A stretch of 64,000 nucleotides of DNA, from the NCBI GenBank assembly GCA_964016885.1, contig OZ024741.1:260462001-260526000 (forward strand), in the 5' to 3' direction. Of the stretch, positions 1-14,800 are shown one piece after another; position 1 is the first letter of the stretch; each line of letters starts with the position of its first letter. Under the pieces are notes generated by a model. That model was not told the DNA's origin and searched no databases. It saw only the letters and a program-made list of their open reading frames with translations. This stretch comes from Eledone cirrhosa (Eukaryota). A program made the position numbers and the translations under genes.

Positions 1-620
1 CTTACGAGTGCTTCGGCTTACGAGTGTTTCGACTTACGAGTATTTCGGCTTACGAGTGTTTCGACGTACGAATGTTTTGGCTTACGAGTGTTTCGGCTTA
101 TGAGTGTTTCGGCTTACGAGTGTTTCGACTTACGAGTGTTTCGGCTTACGAGTGTTTCAGTGTTTCGGCTTACGTGTGTTTCGACTTACGAGTGTTTCGA
201 CTTACGACTGTTTCGGCTTACGAGTGTATCGGCTTACGAGTGTTTCGGCTTACAAGTGTTTTGACTTACGAGTGTTTTGACTTACGATTGTTTGGCTTAC
301 GAGTGTTCTGACTTACGGGTGTTCTGACTTACGAGTGTTCCGACTTACGAGTGTTTCGGCTTACGAGTGTTTCGGCTTACGAGTGTTTCGACTTACGAGT
401 GTTTCGACTTACGGGTGTTTCGACTTACGAGTGGTTTGGCTTACGGTGTTTCGGCTTACGAGTCTTTCGAGTTACGAGTGTTTTGACTTACGCGTGTTTT
501 GACATACGAGTGTTTCGATACGAGTGTTCTGACTTACGAGTGTTCTGACTTACGAGTGTTCCGACTTTACGAGTGTTTCGGCTCACGAGTGTTTCGGCTT
601 ACGAGTGTTTCGACTTACGA

Positions 621-690
621 AAATAACAAATAGACGCGGTTTCAAATCTCTATGATTTTCAAATTCATTACATTAATCTTTATTTATACG
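621..690. other. ~70-bp AT-rich non-satellite spacer, copy 1
   Basis: AAATAACAAATAGACGCGGTTTCAAATCTCTATGATTTTCAAATTCATTACATTAATCTTTATTTATACG interrupts the array. Confidence 0.93.
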
Positions 691-3463
691 TTTCGCTTTA
701 CGAGTGTTTCGACTTACGAGTGTTTCGACATACGAGTGTTTCGACTCCCGAATGTTTTTGCTTACGGGTGTTTCGACTTACGAATGTTTCGGCTTACGAG
801 TGTTTCGGCTTACGAGTGTTCCGACTTAGGAGTGTTTCGGCTTACGAGTGTTTCCGGCTTACGAGTGTTTCGACTTACGAGTGTTTCGACTTACGAGTGT
901 TTCGGTTTACGAGTGTTTCGGTTTACGAGTGTTTCGACATACGAGTGTTTTGACTTACGGGTGTTTCGACTTACGGGTGTTTCGACTTACGAGTGTTTCG
1001 GCTTACGAGAGTTTCGACTTACTAATGTTTTTACTTACGAGTGTTTCGGTGTACGAATGTTTTGACTTAAGGATGTTTCGACTTACGAGTGTTTTGACTT
1101 ACGGTGTTTCGGCTTACGAGTGATTCGACTTACGAGTGTTTTGACTTAGGGGTGTTTTGACTTACGGGTGTTGTGAATTACCAGTGTTCCGATTTACGAG
1201 TGTTTTGACTTACGGTGTTTCGGCTTGCGAGTGTTTCGACTTACGAGTGTTTCGGCTTATGAATGTTTCGACTTACTAATGTTTTTATTTACGAGTGTTT
1301 CGGCGTTCGAGTGTTTTGACTTACGAGTGTTTCGACTTACGAGTGTTTTGACTTACGAATGTTTTGACTTACGGGTGTTTCGGCTTACGGGTGTTTCGAC
1401 TTACGAGTGTTTCGACTTACGAGTGTTCTGACTTACGAGTGTTCTGACTTACGAGTGTTCTGACTTACGAGTGTTCCGACTTACGAGTGTTTCGGTTTAC
1501 GAGTGTTTCGACATACGAGTGTTTTGACTTACGGGTGTTTCGACTTACGGGTGTTTCGACTTACGAGTGTTTCGGCTTACGAGAGTTTCGACTTACTAAT
1601 GTTTTTACTTACGAGTGTTTCGGTGTACGAATGTTTTGACTTAAGGATGTTTCGACTTACGAGTGTTTCGACTTACGAGTGTTTCGGCTTACGTGAGTTT
1701 CGACTTAAGAGTGTTCTGATTTACGAGTGTTCTGACTTGCGGGTGTTCTGATTTACGAGTGTTCCGACTTACGAGTGTTTCGGCTTATGAGTGTTTCGAC
1801 TTACGAGTGTTTCGGCTTACGAGTGTTTTGACTTATGGGTGTTTCGACTTACGAGTGTTTTTACTTACAGTGTTTCGGCTTAAGAGTGTTTCGACATACG
1901 AGTGTTTTGACTTACGGGTGTTTCGGCTTACGAGTGTTTCGACTTACGAGTGTTTCGGCTTGCGAGTGTTTCGATTACTAATGTTTTTACTTACGAGTGT
2001 TTCGGCGTACGAGAGTTTTGACTTACGAGTGTTTCGACTTACGAGTGTTTTGACTTACGAATGTTTTGACTTACGGGTGTTTCGGCTTATGAGTGTTTCG
2101 ACTTACGAGTCTTTCGGCTTACGAGTGTTTCGACTTACTAATGTTTTTACTTACGAGTGTTTCGGCGTACGAGTGTTTCGACTTACGAGTGTTTCGACTT
2201 ACGGGTGTTTTGACTTACGGGTGTTTCGGCTTACGAGTGTTTCGACTTACGAGTGTTTTGACTTAAGGGTGTTTCGACTTACGAGTATTTTTGGCTTACG
2301 AGTGTTTCGACTTACGAGTGTTTCGACTTACGAGTGTTTCGGCTTACGATTGTTTCGACTTACGAGTGTTTCGGTTTACGAGTGTTTCGACTTATGAGTG
2401 TTTCGACTTACGAGTGTTTCGGCTTACGAGTGTTTCGACTTATGGGTGTTTCGACTTACGAGTGTTTTTACTTACGGTGTTTCGGCTTACGAGTGTTCCG
2501 ACATACGAGTGTTTTGACTTACGGGTGTTTCGGCTTACGATTGTTTCGACTTACGAGTGTTTCGGTTTACGAGTGTTTCGACATACGAGTGTTTTTACTT
2601 ACGGTGTTTCGGCTTACGAGTGTTTCGACATACGAGTGTTCTGACTTACGGGTGTTTCGGCTTACGAGTGTTTCGACTTACGAGTGTTTCGGCTTACGAG
2701 TGTTTCGACTTACTAATGTTTTTACTTACGAGTGTTTCGGCGTACGAGAGTTTTGACTTACGAGTGTTTCGACTTACGAGTGTTTTGACTTACGAATGTT
2801 TTGACTTACGGGTGTTTCGGCTTATGAGTGTTTCGACTTACGAGTGTTTCGGCTTACGAGGGTTTCGACTTACTAATGTTTTTACTTAAGAGTGTTTCGG
2901 CGTACGAGTGTTTCGACTTACGAGTGTTTCGACTTACGGGTGTTTTGACTTACGGGTGTTTCGGCTTACGAGTGTTTCGACTTACGAGTGTTTCGACTTA
3001 TGAGTGTTTCGACTTACGAGTGTTTCGGCTTACGAGTGTTTCGACTTACGAGTGTTTTGACTTACGGGTGTTTTGACATACGAGTGTTTCGATACGAGTG
3101 TTCTGACTTACGAGTGTTCTGACTTACGAGTGTTTTGACTTACGAGTGTTCTGACTTACGAGTGTTCCGACTTACGAGTGTTCCGACTTACGAGTGTTTC
3201 GGCTTACGAGTGTTTCGGCTTACGAGTGTTTCGACTTACGAGTGTTTCGACTTACGGGTGTTTCGACTTACGAGTGGTTTGGCTTACGGTGTTTCGGCTT
3301 ACGAGTGTTTCGAGTTACGAGTGTTTTGACTTACGCGTGTTTTGACATACGAGTGTTTCGATACGAGTGTTCTGACTTACGAGTGTTCTGACTTACGAGT
3401 GTTCCGACTTTACGAGTGTTTCGGCTCACGAGTGTTTCGGCTTACGAGTGTTTCGACTTACGA

Positions 3464-3533
3464 AAATAACAAATAGACGCGGTTTCAAATCTCTATGGTT
3501 TTCAAATTCATTACATTAATCTTTATTTATACG
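3464..3533. other. ~70-bp AT-rich spacer, copy 2
   Basis: Same sequence, variant CTATGGTTTT. Confidence 0.93.
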
Positions 3534-5899
3534 TTTCGCTTTACGAGTGTTTCGACTTACGAGTGTTTCGACATACGAGTGTTTCGACTCCCGAATGTTT
3601 TTGCTTACGGGTGTTTCGACTTACGAATGTTTCGGCTTACGAGTGTTTCGGCTTACGAGTGTTCCGACTTAGGAGTGTTTCGGCTTACGAGTGTTTCCGG
3701 CTTACGAGTGTTTCGACTTACGAGTGTTTCGACTTACGAGTGTTTCGGTTTACGAGTGTTTCGGTTTACGAGTGTTTCGACATACGAGTGTTTTGACTTA
3801 CGGGTGTTTCGACTTACGGGTGTTTCGACTTACGAGTGTTTCGGCTTACGAGAGTTTCGACTTACTAATGTTTTTACTTACGAGTGTTTCGGTGTACGAA
3901 TGTTTTGACTTAAGGATGTTTCGACTTACGAGTGTTTTGACTTACGGTGTTTCGGCTTACGAGTGATTCGACTTACGAGTGTTTTGACTTAGGGGTGTTT
4001 TGACTTACGGGTGTTGTGAATTACCAGTGTTCCGATTTACGAGTGTTTTGACTTACGGTGTTTCGGCTTGCGAGTGTTTCGACTTACGAGTGTTTCGGCT
4101 TATGAATGTTTCGACTTACTAATGTTTTTATTTACGAGTGTTTCGGCGTTCGAGTGTTTTGACTTACGAGTGTTTCGACTTACGAGTGTTTTGACTTACG
4201 AATGTTTTGACTTACGGGTGTTTCGGCTTACGGGTGTTTCGACTTACGAGTGTTTCGACTTACGAGTGTTCTGACTTACGAGTGTTCTGACTTACGAGTG
4301 TTCTGACTTACGAGTGTTCCGACTTACGAGTGTTTCGGTTTACGAGTGTTTCGACATACGAGTGTTTTGACTTACGGGTGTTTCGACTTACGGGTGTTTC
4401 GACTTACGAGTGTTTCGGCTTACGAGAGTTTCGACTTACTAATGTTTTTACTTACGAGTGTTTCGGTGTACGAATGTTTTGACTTAAGGATGTTTCGACT
4501 TACGAGTGTTTCGACTTACGAGTGTTTCGGCTTACGTGAGTTTCGACTTAAGAGTGTTCTGATTTACGAGTGTTCTGACTTGCGGGTGTTCTGATTTACG
4601 AGTGTTCCGACTTACGAGTGTTTCGGCTTATGAGTGTTTCGACTTACGAGTGTTTCGGCTTACGAGTGTTTTGACTTATGGGTGTTTCGACTTACGAGTG
4701 TTTTTACTTACAGTGTTTCGGCTTAAGAGTGTTTCGACATACGAGTGTTTTGACTTACGGGTGTTTCGGCTTACGAGTGTTTCGACTTACGAGTGTTTCG
4801 GCTTGCGAGTGTTTCGATTACTAATGTTTTGACTTACGAGTGTTTCGACTTACGAGTGTTTTGACTTACGAATGTTTTGACTTACGGGTGTTTCGGCTTA
4901 TGAGTGTTTCGACTTACGAGTCTTTCGGCTTACGAGTGTTTCGACTTACTAATGTTTTTACTTACGAGTGTTTCGGCGTACGAGTGTTTCGACTTACGAG
5001 TGTTTCGACTTACGGGTGTTTTGACTTACGGGTGTTTCGGCTTACGAGTGTTTCGACTTACGAGTGTTTTGACTTAAGGGTGTTTCGACTTACGAGTATT
5101 TTTGGCTTACGAGTGTTTCGACTTACGAGTGTTTCGACTTACGAGTGTTTCGGCTTACGATTGTTTCGACTTACGAGTGTTTCGGTTTACGAGTGTTTCG
5201 ACTTATGAGTGTTTCGACTTACGAGTGTTTCGGCTTACGAGTGTTTCGACTTATGGGTGTTTCGACTTACGAGTGTTTTTACTTACGGTGTTTCGGCTTA
5301 CGAGTGTTTCGACATACGAGTGTTTTGACTTACGGGTGTTTCGGCTTACGATTGTTTCGACTTACGAGTGTTTCGGTTTACGAGTGTTTCGACATACGAG
5401 TGTTTTTACTTACGGTGTTTCGGCTTACGAGTGTTTCGACATACGAGTGTTCTGACTTACGGGTGTTTCGGCTTACGAGTGTTTCGACTTACGAGTGTTT
5501 CGGCTTACGAGTGTTTCGACTTACTAATGTTTTTACTTACGAGTGTTTCGGCGTACGAGAGTTTTGACTTACGAGTGTTTCGACTTACGAGTGTTTTGAC
5601 TTACGAATGTTTTGACTTACGGGTGTTTCGGCTTATGAGTGTTTCGACTTACGAGTGTTTCGGCTTACGAGGGTTTCGACTTACTAATGTTTTTACTTAC
5701 GAGTGTTTCGGCGTACGAGTGTTTCGACTTACGAGTGTTTCGGCTTGCGAGTGTTTCGATTACTAATGTTTTTACTTACGAGTGTTTCGGCGTACGAGAG
5801 TTTTGACTTACGAGTGTTTCGACTTACGAGTGTTCCGACTTACGAGTGTTCCGACTTACGAGTGTTTCGGCTTACGAGTGTTTCCGGCTTACGAGTGTT

Positions 5900-8800
5900 T
5901 CGACTTACGAGTGTTTTGACTTACCGTGTTTCGGCTTACGAGTGATTCGACTTACGAGTGTTTTGACTTACGGGTGATTTGACTTACGGGTGTTGTGAAT
6001 TACGAGTGTTCCGATTTACGAGTGTTTTGACTTACGGTGTTTCGGCTTACGAGTGATTAGACTTACGAATGTTTTGACTTACGGGTGTTTCGGCTTGCGA
6101 GTGTTTCGACTTACGAGTGTTTCGGCTTATGGGTGTTTCGACTTACTAATGTTTTTACTTACGACTGTTTCGGCGTACGAGTGTTTTGACTTACGAGTGT
6201 TTCGACTTACGAGTGTTTCGACTTACGAGTGTTTCGGCTTACGTGAGTTTCGACTTAAGAGTGTTCTGATTTACGAGTGTTCTGACTTGCGGGTGTTCTG
6301 ATTTACGAGTGTTCCGACTTACGAGTGTTTCGGCTTATTAGTGTTTCGACTTACGAGTGTTTCGGCTTACGAGTGTTTCGACTTATGGGTGTTTCGACTT
6401 ACGAGTGTTTTTACTTACGGTGTTTCGGCTTACGAGTGTTTCGACATACGAGTGTTTTGACTTACGGGTGTTTCGACTTACGAGTGTTTTGACTTACGAA
6501 TGTTTTGACTTACGGGTGTTTCGGCTTACGAGTGTTTCGACTTACGAGTGTTTCGGCTTACGAGTGTTTCGACATACTAATGTTCTTACGAGTGTTTCGG
6601 TGTACGAGAGTTTTGACTTACGAGTGTTTCGACTTACGAGTGTTTCGACTTACGAGTATTTTGACTTACGAATGTTTTGACTTACGGGTGTTTCGGCTTA
6701 CGAGTGTTTCGACTTACGAGTCTTTCGGCTTACGAGTGTTTCGACTTACTAATGTTTTTACTTACGAGTGTTTCGGCGTACGAGTGTTTCGACTTACGAG
6801 TGTTTCGACTAACGGGTGTTTTGACTTACGGGTGTTTCGGCTTACGAGTGTTTTGACTTACGAGTGTTTTGACTTAAGGGTGTTTCGACTTACGAGTATT
6901 TTTGGCTTACGAGTGTTTCGACTTACGAGTGTTTTGACTTACGAGTGTTCTGATTTACGGATGTTTCGACATACGAGTGTTTCGACTTACGAGTATTTCG
7001 GCTTATGAGTGTTTCGACTTACGACTGTTTCGACTTACGAGTGTTTCGGCTTACGAGTGTTTCGACTTACGAGTGTTTTGACTTACGGGTGTTTTGACAT
7101 ACGAGTGTTTCGATACGAGTGTTCTGACTTACGAGTGTTCTGACTTACGAGTGTTTTGACTCACGAGTGTTCCGACTTACGAGTGTTCCGACTTACGAGT
7201 GTTTCGGCTTACGAGTGTTTCCGGCTTACGAGTGTTTCGACTTACGAGTGTTTTGACTTACGGTGTTTCGGCTTACGAGTGATTCGACTTACGAGTGTTT
7301 CGACTTACGAATGTTTCCGCTTACGAGTGTTTCGGCTTACGAGTGTTCCGACTTAGGAGTGTTTCGGCTTACGAGTGTTTCCGGCTTACGAGTGTTTCGA
7401 CTTACGAGTGTTTCGACTTTCGAGTGTTTTGACTTACGGTGTTTCGGCTTACGAGTGATTCGACTTACGAGTGTTTTGACTTACGGGTGTTTTGACTTAC
7501 GGGTGTTGTGAATTACCAGTGTTCCGATTTACGAGTGTTTTGACTTACGGTGTTTCGGCTTGCGAGTGTTTCGACTTACGAGTGTTTCGGCTTATGAGTG
7601 TTTCGACTTACTAATGTTTTTACTTACGAGTGTTTCGGCGTTCGAGTGTTTTGACTTACGAGTGTTTCGACTTACGAGTGTTTTGACTTACGAATGTTTT
7701 GACTTACGGGTGTTTCGGCTTACGGGTGTTTCGACTTACGAGTGTTTCGACTTACGAGTGTTCTGACTTACGAGTGTTCTGACTTACGAGTGTTCTGAAT
7801 TAAGAGTGTTCCGACTTACGAGTGTTTCGGTTTACGAGTGTTTCGACATACGAGTGTTTTGACTTACGGGTGTTTCGACTTACGGGTGTTTCGACTTACG
7901 AGTGTTTCGGCTTACGAGAGTTTCGACTTACTAATGTTTTTACTTACGAGTGTTTCGGTGTACGAATGTTTTGACTTAAGGATGTTTCGACTTACGAGTG
8001 TTTCGACTTACGAGTGTTTCGGCTTACGTGAGTTTCGACTTAAGAGTGTTCTGATTTACGAGTGTTCTGACTTGCGGGTGTTCTGATTTACGAGTGTTCC
8101 GACTTACGAGTGTTTCGGCTTACGAGTGTTTCGACTTATGGGTGTTTCGACTTACGAGTGTTTTTACTTACGGTGTTTCGGCTTACGAGTGTTTCGACAT
8201 ACGAGTGTTTTGACTTACGGGTGTTTCGGCTTACGAGTGTTTCGACTTAAGAGTGTTTCGGCTTACGAGTGTTTCGACTTACTAATGTTTTTACTTACGA
8301 GTGTTTCGGCGTACGAGAGTTTTGACTTACGAGTGTTTCGACTTACGAGTGTTTTGACTTACGAATGTTTTGACTTACGGGTGTTTCGGCTTATGAGTGT
8401 TTCGACTTACGAGTCTTTCGGCTTACGAGTGTTTCGACTTACTAATGTTTTTACTTACGAGTGTTTCGGCGTACGAGTGTTTCGACTTACGAGTGATTCG
8501 ACTTACGGGTGTTTTGACTTACGGGTGTTTCGGCTTACGAGTGTTTCGAATTACGAGTGTTTTGACTTAAGGGTGTTTCGACTTACGAGTATTTTTGACT
8601 TACGAGTGTTTCGACTTACGAGTGTTTCGACTTACGAGTGTTTCGGCTTACGATTGTTTCGACTTACGAGTGTTTCGGTTTACAAGTGTTTCGACTTACG
8701 GGTGTTTTGACATACGATTGTTTGGGCTTACGAATATTTCGACTTACGAGTGTTTCGGCTTACGAGAGTTTCGACTTACTAATGTTTTTACTTACGAGTG

Positions 8801-11800
8801 TTTCGGTGTACGAATGTTTTGACTTAAGGATGTTTCGACTTACGAGTGTTTCGACTTACGAGTGTTTCGGCTTACGTGAGTTTCGACTTAAGAGTGTTCT
8901 GGTTTACGAGTGTTCTGACTTGCGGGTGTTCTGATTTACGAGTGTTCCGACTTACGAGTGTTTCGGCTTATGAGTGTTTCGACTTACGAGTGTTTCGGCT
9001 TACGAGTGTTTCGACTTATGGGTGTTTCGACTTACGAGTGTTTTCACTTACAGTGTTTCGGCTTACGAGTGTTTCGACATACGAGTGTTTTGACTTACGG
9101 GTGTTTCGGCTTACGAGTGTTTCGACTTACGAGTGTTTCGGCTTACGAGTGTTTCGATTACTTATGTTTTTACTTACGAGTGTTTCGGCGTACGAGAGTT
9201 TTGACTTACGAGTGTTTCGACTTACGAGTGTTTTGACTTACGAATGTTTTGACTTACGGGTGTTTCGGCTTATGAGTGTTTCGACTTACGAGTCTTTCGG
9301 CTTACTAGTGTTTTACTTACGAGTGTTTCGGCGTACGAGTGTTTCGACTTACGAGTGTTTCGACTTACGGGTGTTTTGACTTACGGGTGTTTCGGCTTAC
9401 GAGTGTTTCGACTTACGAGTGTTTTGACTTAAGGGTGTTTCGACTTACGAGTATTTTTGGCTTACGAGTGTTTCGACTTACGAGTGTTTCGACTTACGAG
9501 TGTTTCGGCTTACGATTGTTTGGACTTACGAGTGTTTCGGTTTACGAGTGTTTCGACTTATGAGTGTTTCGACTTACGAGTGTTTCGGCTTACGAGTGTT
9601 TCGACTTATGGGTGTTTCGACTTACGAGTGTTTTTACTTACGGTGTTTCGGCTTACGATTGTTTCGACATACGAGTGTTTTGACTTACGGGTGTTTCGGC
9701 TTACGATTGTTTCGACTTACGAGTGTTTCGGTTTACGAGTGTTTCGGCTTATGAGTGTTTCGACTTACGAGTGTTTCGGCTTACGAGTGTTTCGACTTAT
9801 GGGTGTTTCGACTTACGAGTGTTTTTACTTACGGTGTTTCGGCTTACGAGTGTTTTGACTTACGAATGTTTTGACTTACGGGTGTTTCGGCTTATGAGTG
9901 TTTGGACCTACGAGTGTTTCGGCTTACGAGTGTTTCGACTTACTAATGTTTTTACTTACGAGTGTTTCGGCGTACGAGTGTTTCGACTTATGAGTGTTTC
10001 GACTTACGGGTGTTTTGACTTACGGGTGTTTCGGCTTACGAGTGATTTGACTTACGAGTGTTCTGATTTACGGATGTTTTGACATACGAGTGTTTCGACT
10101 TACGAGTGTTTCGGCTTACGAGTGTTTCGGCTTACGAGTGTTTCGACTTACGAGTGTTTTGACTTACGGTGTTTCGGCTTACGAGTGTTTCGACTTACGA
10201 GTGTTTTGACTTACGGGTGTTTTGACATACGAGTGTTTCGATACGAGTGTTCTGACTTACGAGTGTTCTGACTTACGAGTGTTTTGACTTACGAGTGTTC
10301 TGACTTACGAGTGTTCCGACTTACGAGTGTTCCGACTTACGAGTGTTTCGGCTTACGAGTGTTTCCGGCTTACGAGTGTTTCGACTTCCGAGTGTTTTGA
10401 CTTACGGTGTTTCGGCTTACGAGTGATTCGACTTACGAGTGTTTTGACTTACGGGTGATTTGACTTACGGGTGTTGTGAATTACGAGTGTTCCGATTTAC
10501 GAGTGTTTTGACTTACGGTGTTTCGGCTTACGAGTGATTCGACTTACGAATGTTTTGACTTACGGGTGTTTCGGCTTGCGAGTGTTTCGACTTACGAGTG
10601 TTTCGGCTTATGGGTGTTTCGACTTACTAATGTTTTTACTTACGACTGTTTCGGCGTACGAGTGTTTTGACTTACGAGTGTTTCGACTTACGAGTGTTTC
10701 GACTTACGAGTGTTTCGGCTTACGTGAGTTTCGACTTAAGAGTGTTCTGATTTACGAGTGTTCTGACTTGCGGGTGTTCTGATTTACGAGTGTTCCGACT
10801 TACGAGTGTTTCGGCTTATTAGTGTTTCGACTTACGAGTGTTTCGGCTTACGAGTGTTTCGACTTATGGGTGTTTCGACTTACGAGTGTTTTTACTTACG
10901 GTGTTTCGGCTTACGAGTGTTTCGACATACGAGTGTTTTGACTTACGGGTGTTTCGACTTACGAGTGTTTTGACTTACAAATGTTTTGACTTACGGGTGT
11001 TTCGGCTTACGAGTGTTTCGACTTACGAGTGTTTCGGCTTACGAGTGTTTCGACTTACTAATGTTCTTACGAGTGTTTCGGCGTACGAGAGTTTTGACTT
11101 ACGAGTGTTTCGACTTACGAGTGTTTCGACTTACGAGTATTTTGACTTACGAATGTTTTGACTTACGGGTGTTTCGGCTTACGAGTGTTTCGACTTACTA
11201 ATGTTTTTACTTACGAGTGTTTCGGCGTACGAGTGTTTCGACATACGAGTGTTTCGACTAACGGGTGTTTTGACTTACGGGTGTTTCGGCTTACGAGTGT
11301 TTTGACTTACGAGTGTTTTGACTTAAGGGTGTTTCGACTTACGAGTATTTTTGGCTTACGAGTGTTTCGACTTACGAGTGTTTTGACTTACGAGTGTTCT
11401 GATTTACGGATGTTTCGACATACGAGTGTTTCGACTTACGAGTATTTCGGCTTATGAGTGTTTCGACTTACGACTGTTTCGACTTACGAGTGTTTCGGCT
11501 TACGAGTGTTTCGACTTACGAGTGTTTTGACTTACGGGTGTTTTGACATACGAGTGTTTCGATACGAGTGTTCTGACTTACGAGTGTTCTGACTTACGAG
11601 TGTTTTGACTCACGAGTGTTCCGACTTACGAGTGTTCCGACTTACGAGTGTTTCGGCTTACGAGTGTTTCCGGCTTACGAGTGTTTCGACTTACGAGTGT
11701 TTTGACTTACGGTGTTTCGGCTTACGAGTGATTCGACTTACGAGTGTTTCGACTTACGAATGTTTCGGCTTACGAGTGTTTCGGCTTACGAGTGTTCCGA

Positions 11801-14800
11801 CTTAGGAGTGTTTCGGCTTACGAGTGTTTCCGGCTTACGAGTGTTTCGACTTACGAGTGTTTCGACTTTCGAGTGTTTTGACTTACGGTGTTTCGGCTTA
11901 CGAGTGATTCGACTTACGAGTGTTTTGACTTACGGGTGTTTTGACTTACGGGTGTTGTGAATTACCAGTGTTCCGATTTACGAGTGTTTTGACTTACGGT
12001 GTTTCGGCTTGCGAGTGTTTCGACTTACGAGTGTTTAGGCTTATGAGTGTTTCGACTTACTAATGTTTTTACTTACGAGTGTTTCGGCGTTCGAGTGTTT
12101 TGACTTACGAGTGTTTCGACTTACGAGTGTTTTGACTTACGAATGTTTTGACTTACGGGTGTTTCGGCTTACGGGTGTTTCGACTTACGAGTGTTTCGAC
12201 TTACGAGTGTTCTGACTTACGAGTGTTCTGACTTACGAGTGTTCTGACTTAAGAGTGTTCCGACTTACGAGTGTTTCGGTTTACGAGTGTTTCGACATAC
12301 GAGTGTTTTGACTTATGGGTGTTTCGACTTACGGGTGTTTCGACTTACGAGTGTTTCGGCTTACGTGAGTTTCGACTTAAGAGTGTTCTGATTTACGAGT
12401 GTTCTGACTTGCGGGTGTTCTGATTTACGAGTGTTCCGACTTACGAGTGTTTCGGCTTATGAGTGTTTCGACTTACGAGTGTTTCGGCTTACGAGTGTTT
12501 CGACTTATGGGTGTTTCGACTTACGAGTGTTTTTACTTACGGTGTTTCGGCTTACGAGTGTTTCGACATACGAGTGTTTTGACTTACGGGTGTTTCGGCT
12601 TACGAGTGTTTCGACTTAAGAGTGTTTCGGATTACGAGTGTTTCGACTTACTAATGTTTTTACTTACGAGTGTTTCGGCGTACGAGAGTTTTGACTTACG
12701 AGTGTTTCGACTTACGAGTGTTTTGACTTACGAATGTTTTGACTTACGGGTGTTTCGGCTTATGAGTGTTTCGACTTACGAGTCTTTCGGCTTACGAGTG
12801 TTTCGACTTACTAATGTTTTTACTTACGAGTGTTTCGGCGTACGAGTGTTTCGACTTACGAGTGTTTTGACTTACGGGTGTTTTGACATACGAGTGTTTC
12901 GATACGAGTGTTCTGACTTACGAGTGTTCTGACTTACGAGTGTTTTGACTTACGAGTGTTCTGACTTACGAGTGTTCCGACTTACGAGTGTTCCGACTTA
13001 CGAGTGTTTCGGCTTACGAGTGTTTCCGGCTTACGAGTGTTTCGACTTCCGAGTGTTTTGACTTACGGTGTTTCGGCTTACGAGTGATTCGACTTACGAG
13101 TGTTTTGACTTACGGGTGATTTGACTTACGGGTGTTGTGAATTACGAGTGTTCCGATTTACGAGTGTTTTGACTTACGGTGTTTCGGCTTACGAGTGATT
13201 CGACTTACGAATGTTTTGACTTACGGGTGTTTCGGCTTGCGAGTGTTTCGACTTACGAGTGTTTCGGCTTATGGGTGTTTCGACTTACTAATGTTTTTAC
13301 TTACGACTGTTTCGGCGTACGAGTGTTTTGACTTACGAGTGTTTCGACTTACGAGTGTTTCGACTTACGAGTGTTTCGGCTTACGTGAGTTTCGACTTAA
13401 GAGTGTTCTGATTTACGAGTGTTCTGACTTGCGGGTGTTCTGATTTACGAGTGTTCCGACTTACGAGTGTTTCGGCTTATTAGTGTTTCGACTTACGAGT
13501 GTTTCGGCTTACGAGTGTTTCGACTTATGGGTGTTTCGACTTACGAGTGTTTTTACTTACGGTGTTTCGGCTTACGAGTGTTTCGACATACGAGTGTTTT
13601 GACTTACGGGTGTTTCGACTTACGAGTGTTTTGACTTACAAATGTTTTGACTTACGGGTGTTTCGGCTTACGAGTGTTTCGACTTACGAGTGTTTCGGCT
13701 TACGAGTGTTTCGACTTACTAATGTTCTTACGAGTGTTTCGGCGTACGAGAGTTTTGACTTACGAGTGTTTCGACTTACGAGTGTTTCGACTTACGAGTA
13801 TTTTGACTTACGAATGTTTTGACTTACGGGTGTTTCGGCTTACGAGTGTTTCGACTTACTAATGTTTTTACTTACGACTGTTTCGACTTACGAGTGTTTC
13901 GGCTTACGAGTGTTTCGACTTACGAGTGTTTTGACTTACGGGTGTTTTGACATACGAGTGTTTCGATACGAGTGTTCTGACTTACGAGTGTTCTGACTTA
14001 CGAGTGTTTTGACTCACGAGTGTTCCGACTTACGAGTGTTCCGACTTACGAGTGTTTCGGCTTACGAGTGTTTCCGGCTTACGAGTGTTTCGACTTACGA
14101 GTGTTTTGACTTACGGTGTTTCGGCTTACGAGTGATTCGACTTACGAGTGTTTCGACTTACGAATGTTTCGGCTTACGAGTGTTTCGGCTTACGAGTGTT
14201 CCGACTTAGGAGTGTTTCGGCTTACGAGTGTTTCCGGCTTACGAGTGTTTCGACTTACGAGTGTTTCGACTTTCGAGTGTTTTGACTTACGGTGTTTCGG
14301 CTTACGAGTGATTCGACTTACGAGTGTTTTGACTTACGGGTGTTTTGACTTACGGGTGTTGTGAATTACCAGTGTTCCGATTTACGAGTGTTTTGACTTA
14401 CGGTGTTTCGGCTTGCGAGTGTTTCGACTTACGAGTGTTTAGGCTTATGAGTGTTTCGACTTACTAATGTTTTTACTTACGAGTGTTTCGGCGTTCGAGT
14501 GTTTTGACTTACGAGTGTTTCGACTTACGAGTGTTTTGACTTACGAATGTTTTGACTTACGGGTGTTTCGGCTTACGGGTGTTTCGACTTACGAGTGTTT
14601 CGACTTACGAGTGTTCTGACTTACGAGTGTTCTGACTTACGAGTGTTCTGACTTAAGAGTGTTCCGACTTACGAGTGTTTCGGTTTACGAGTGTTTCGAC
14701 ATACGAGTGTTTTGACTTATGGGTGTTTCGACTTACGGGTGTTTCGACTTACGAGTGTTTCGGCTTACGTGAGTTTCGACTTAAGAGTGTTCTGATTTAC

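Larger units (their letters stand above)
320..5700 (+). repeat. Higher-order repeat, ~2 copies of a 2843-bp unit (second copy has a 32-bp deletion near 4830)
   Basis: Matching ORF landmarks offset by 2843 (351/3194, 652/3495, 1759/4602) and by 2811 after ~4830 (2291/5102). 70-bp spacer at 621 and 3464. Boundaries approximate. Confidence 0.9.

Noticed and set aside
403-418. CENP-B box in TTCGACTTACGGG variants
   Set aside because: The canonical core is TTCG-N4-A-N2-CGGG. Here CGGG follows the A directly, 2 nt too close, so it is not a true box.
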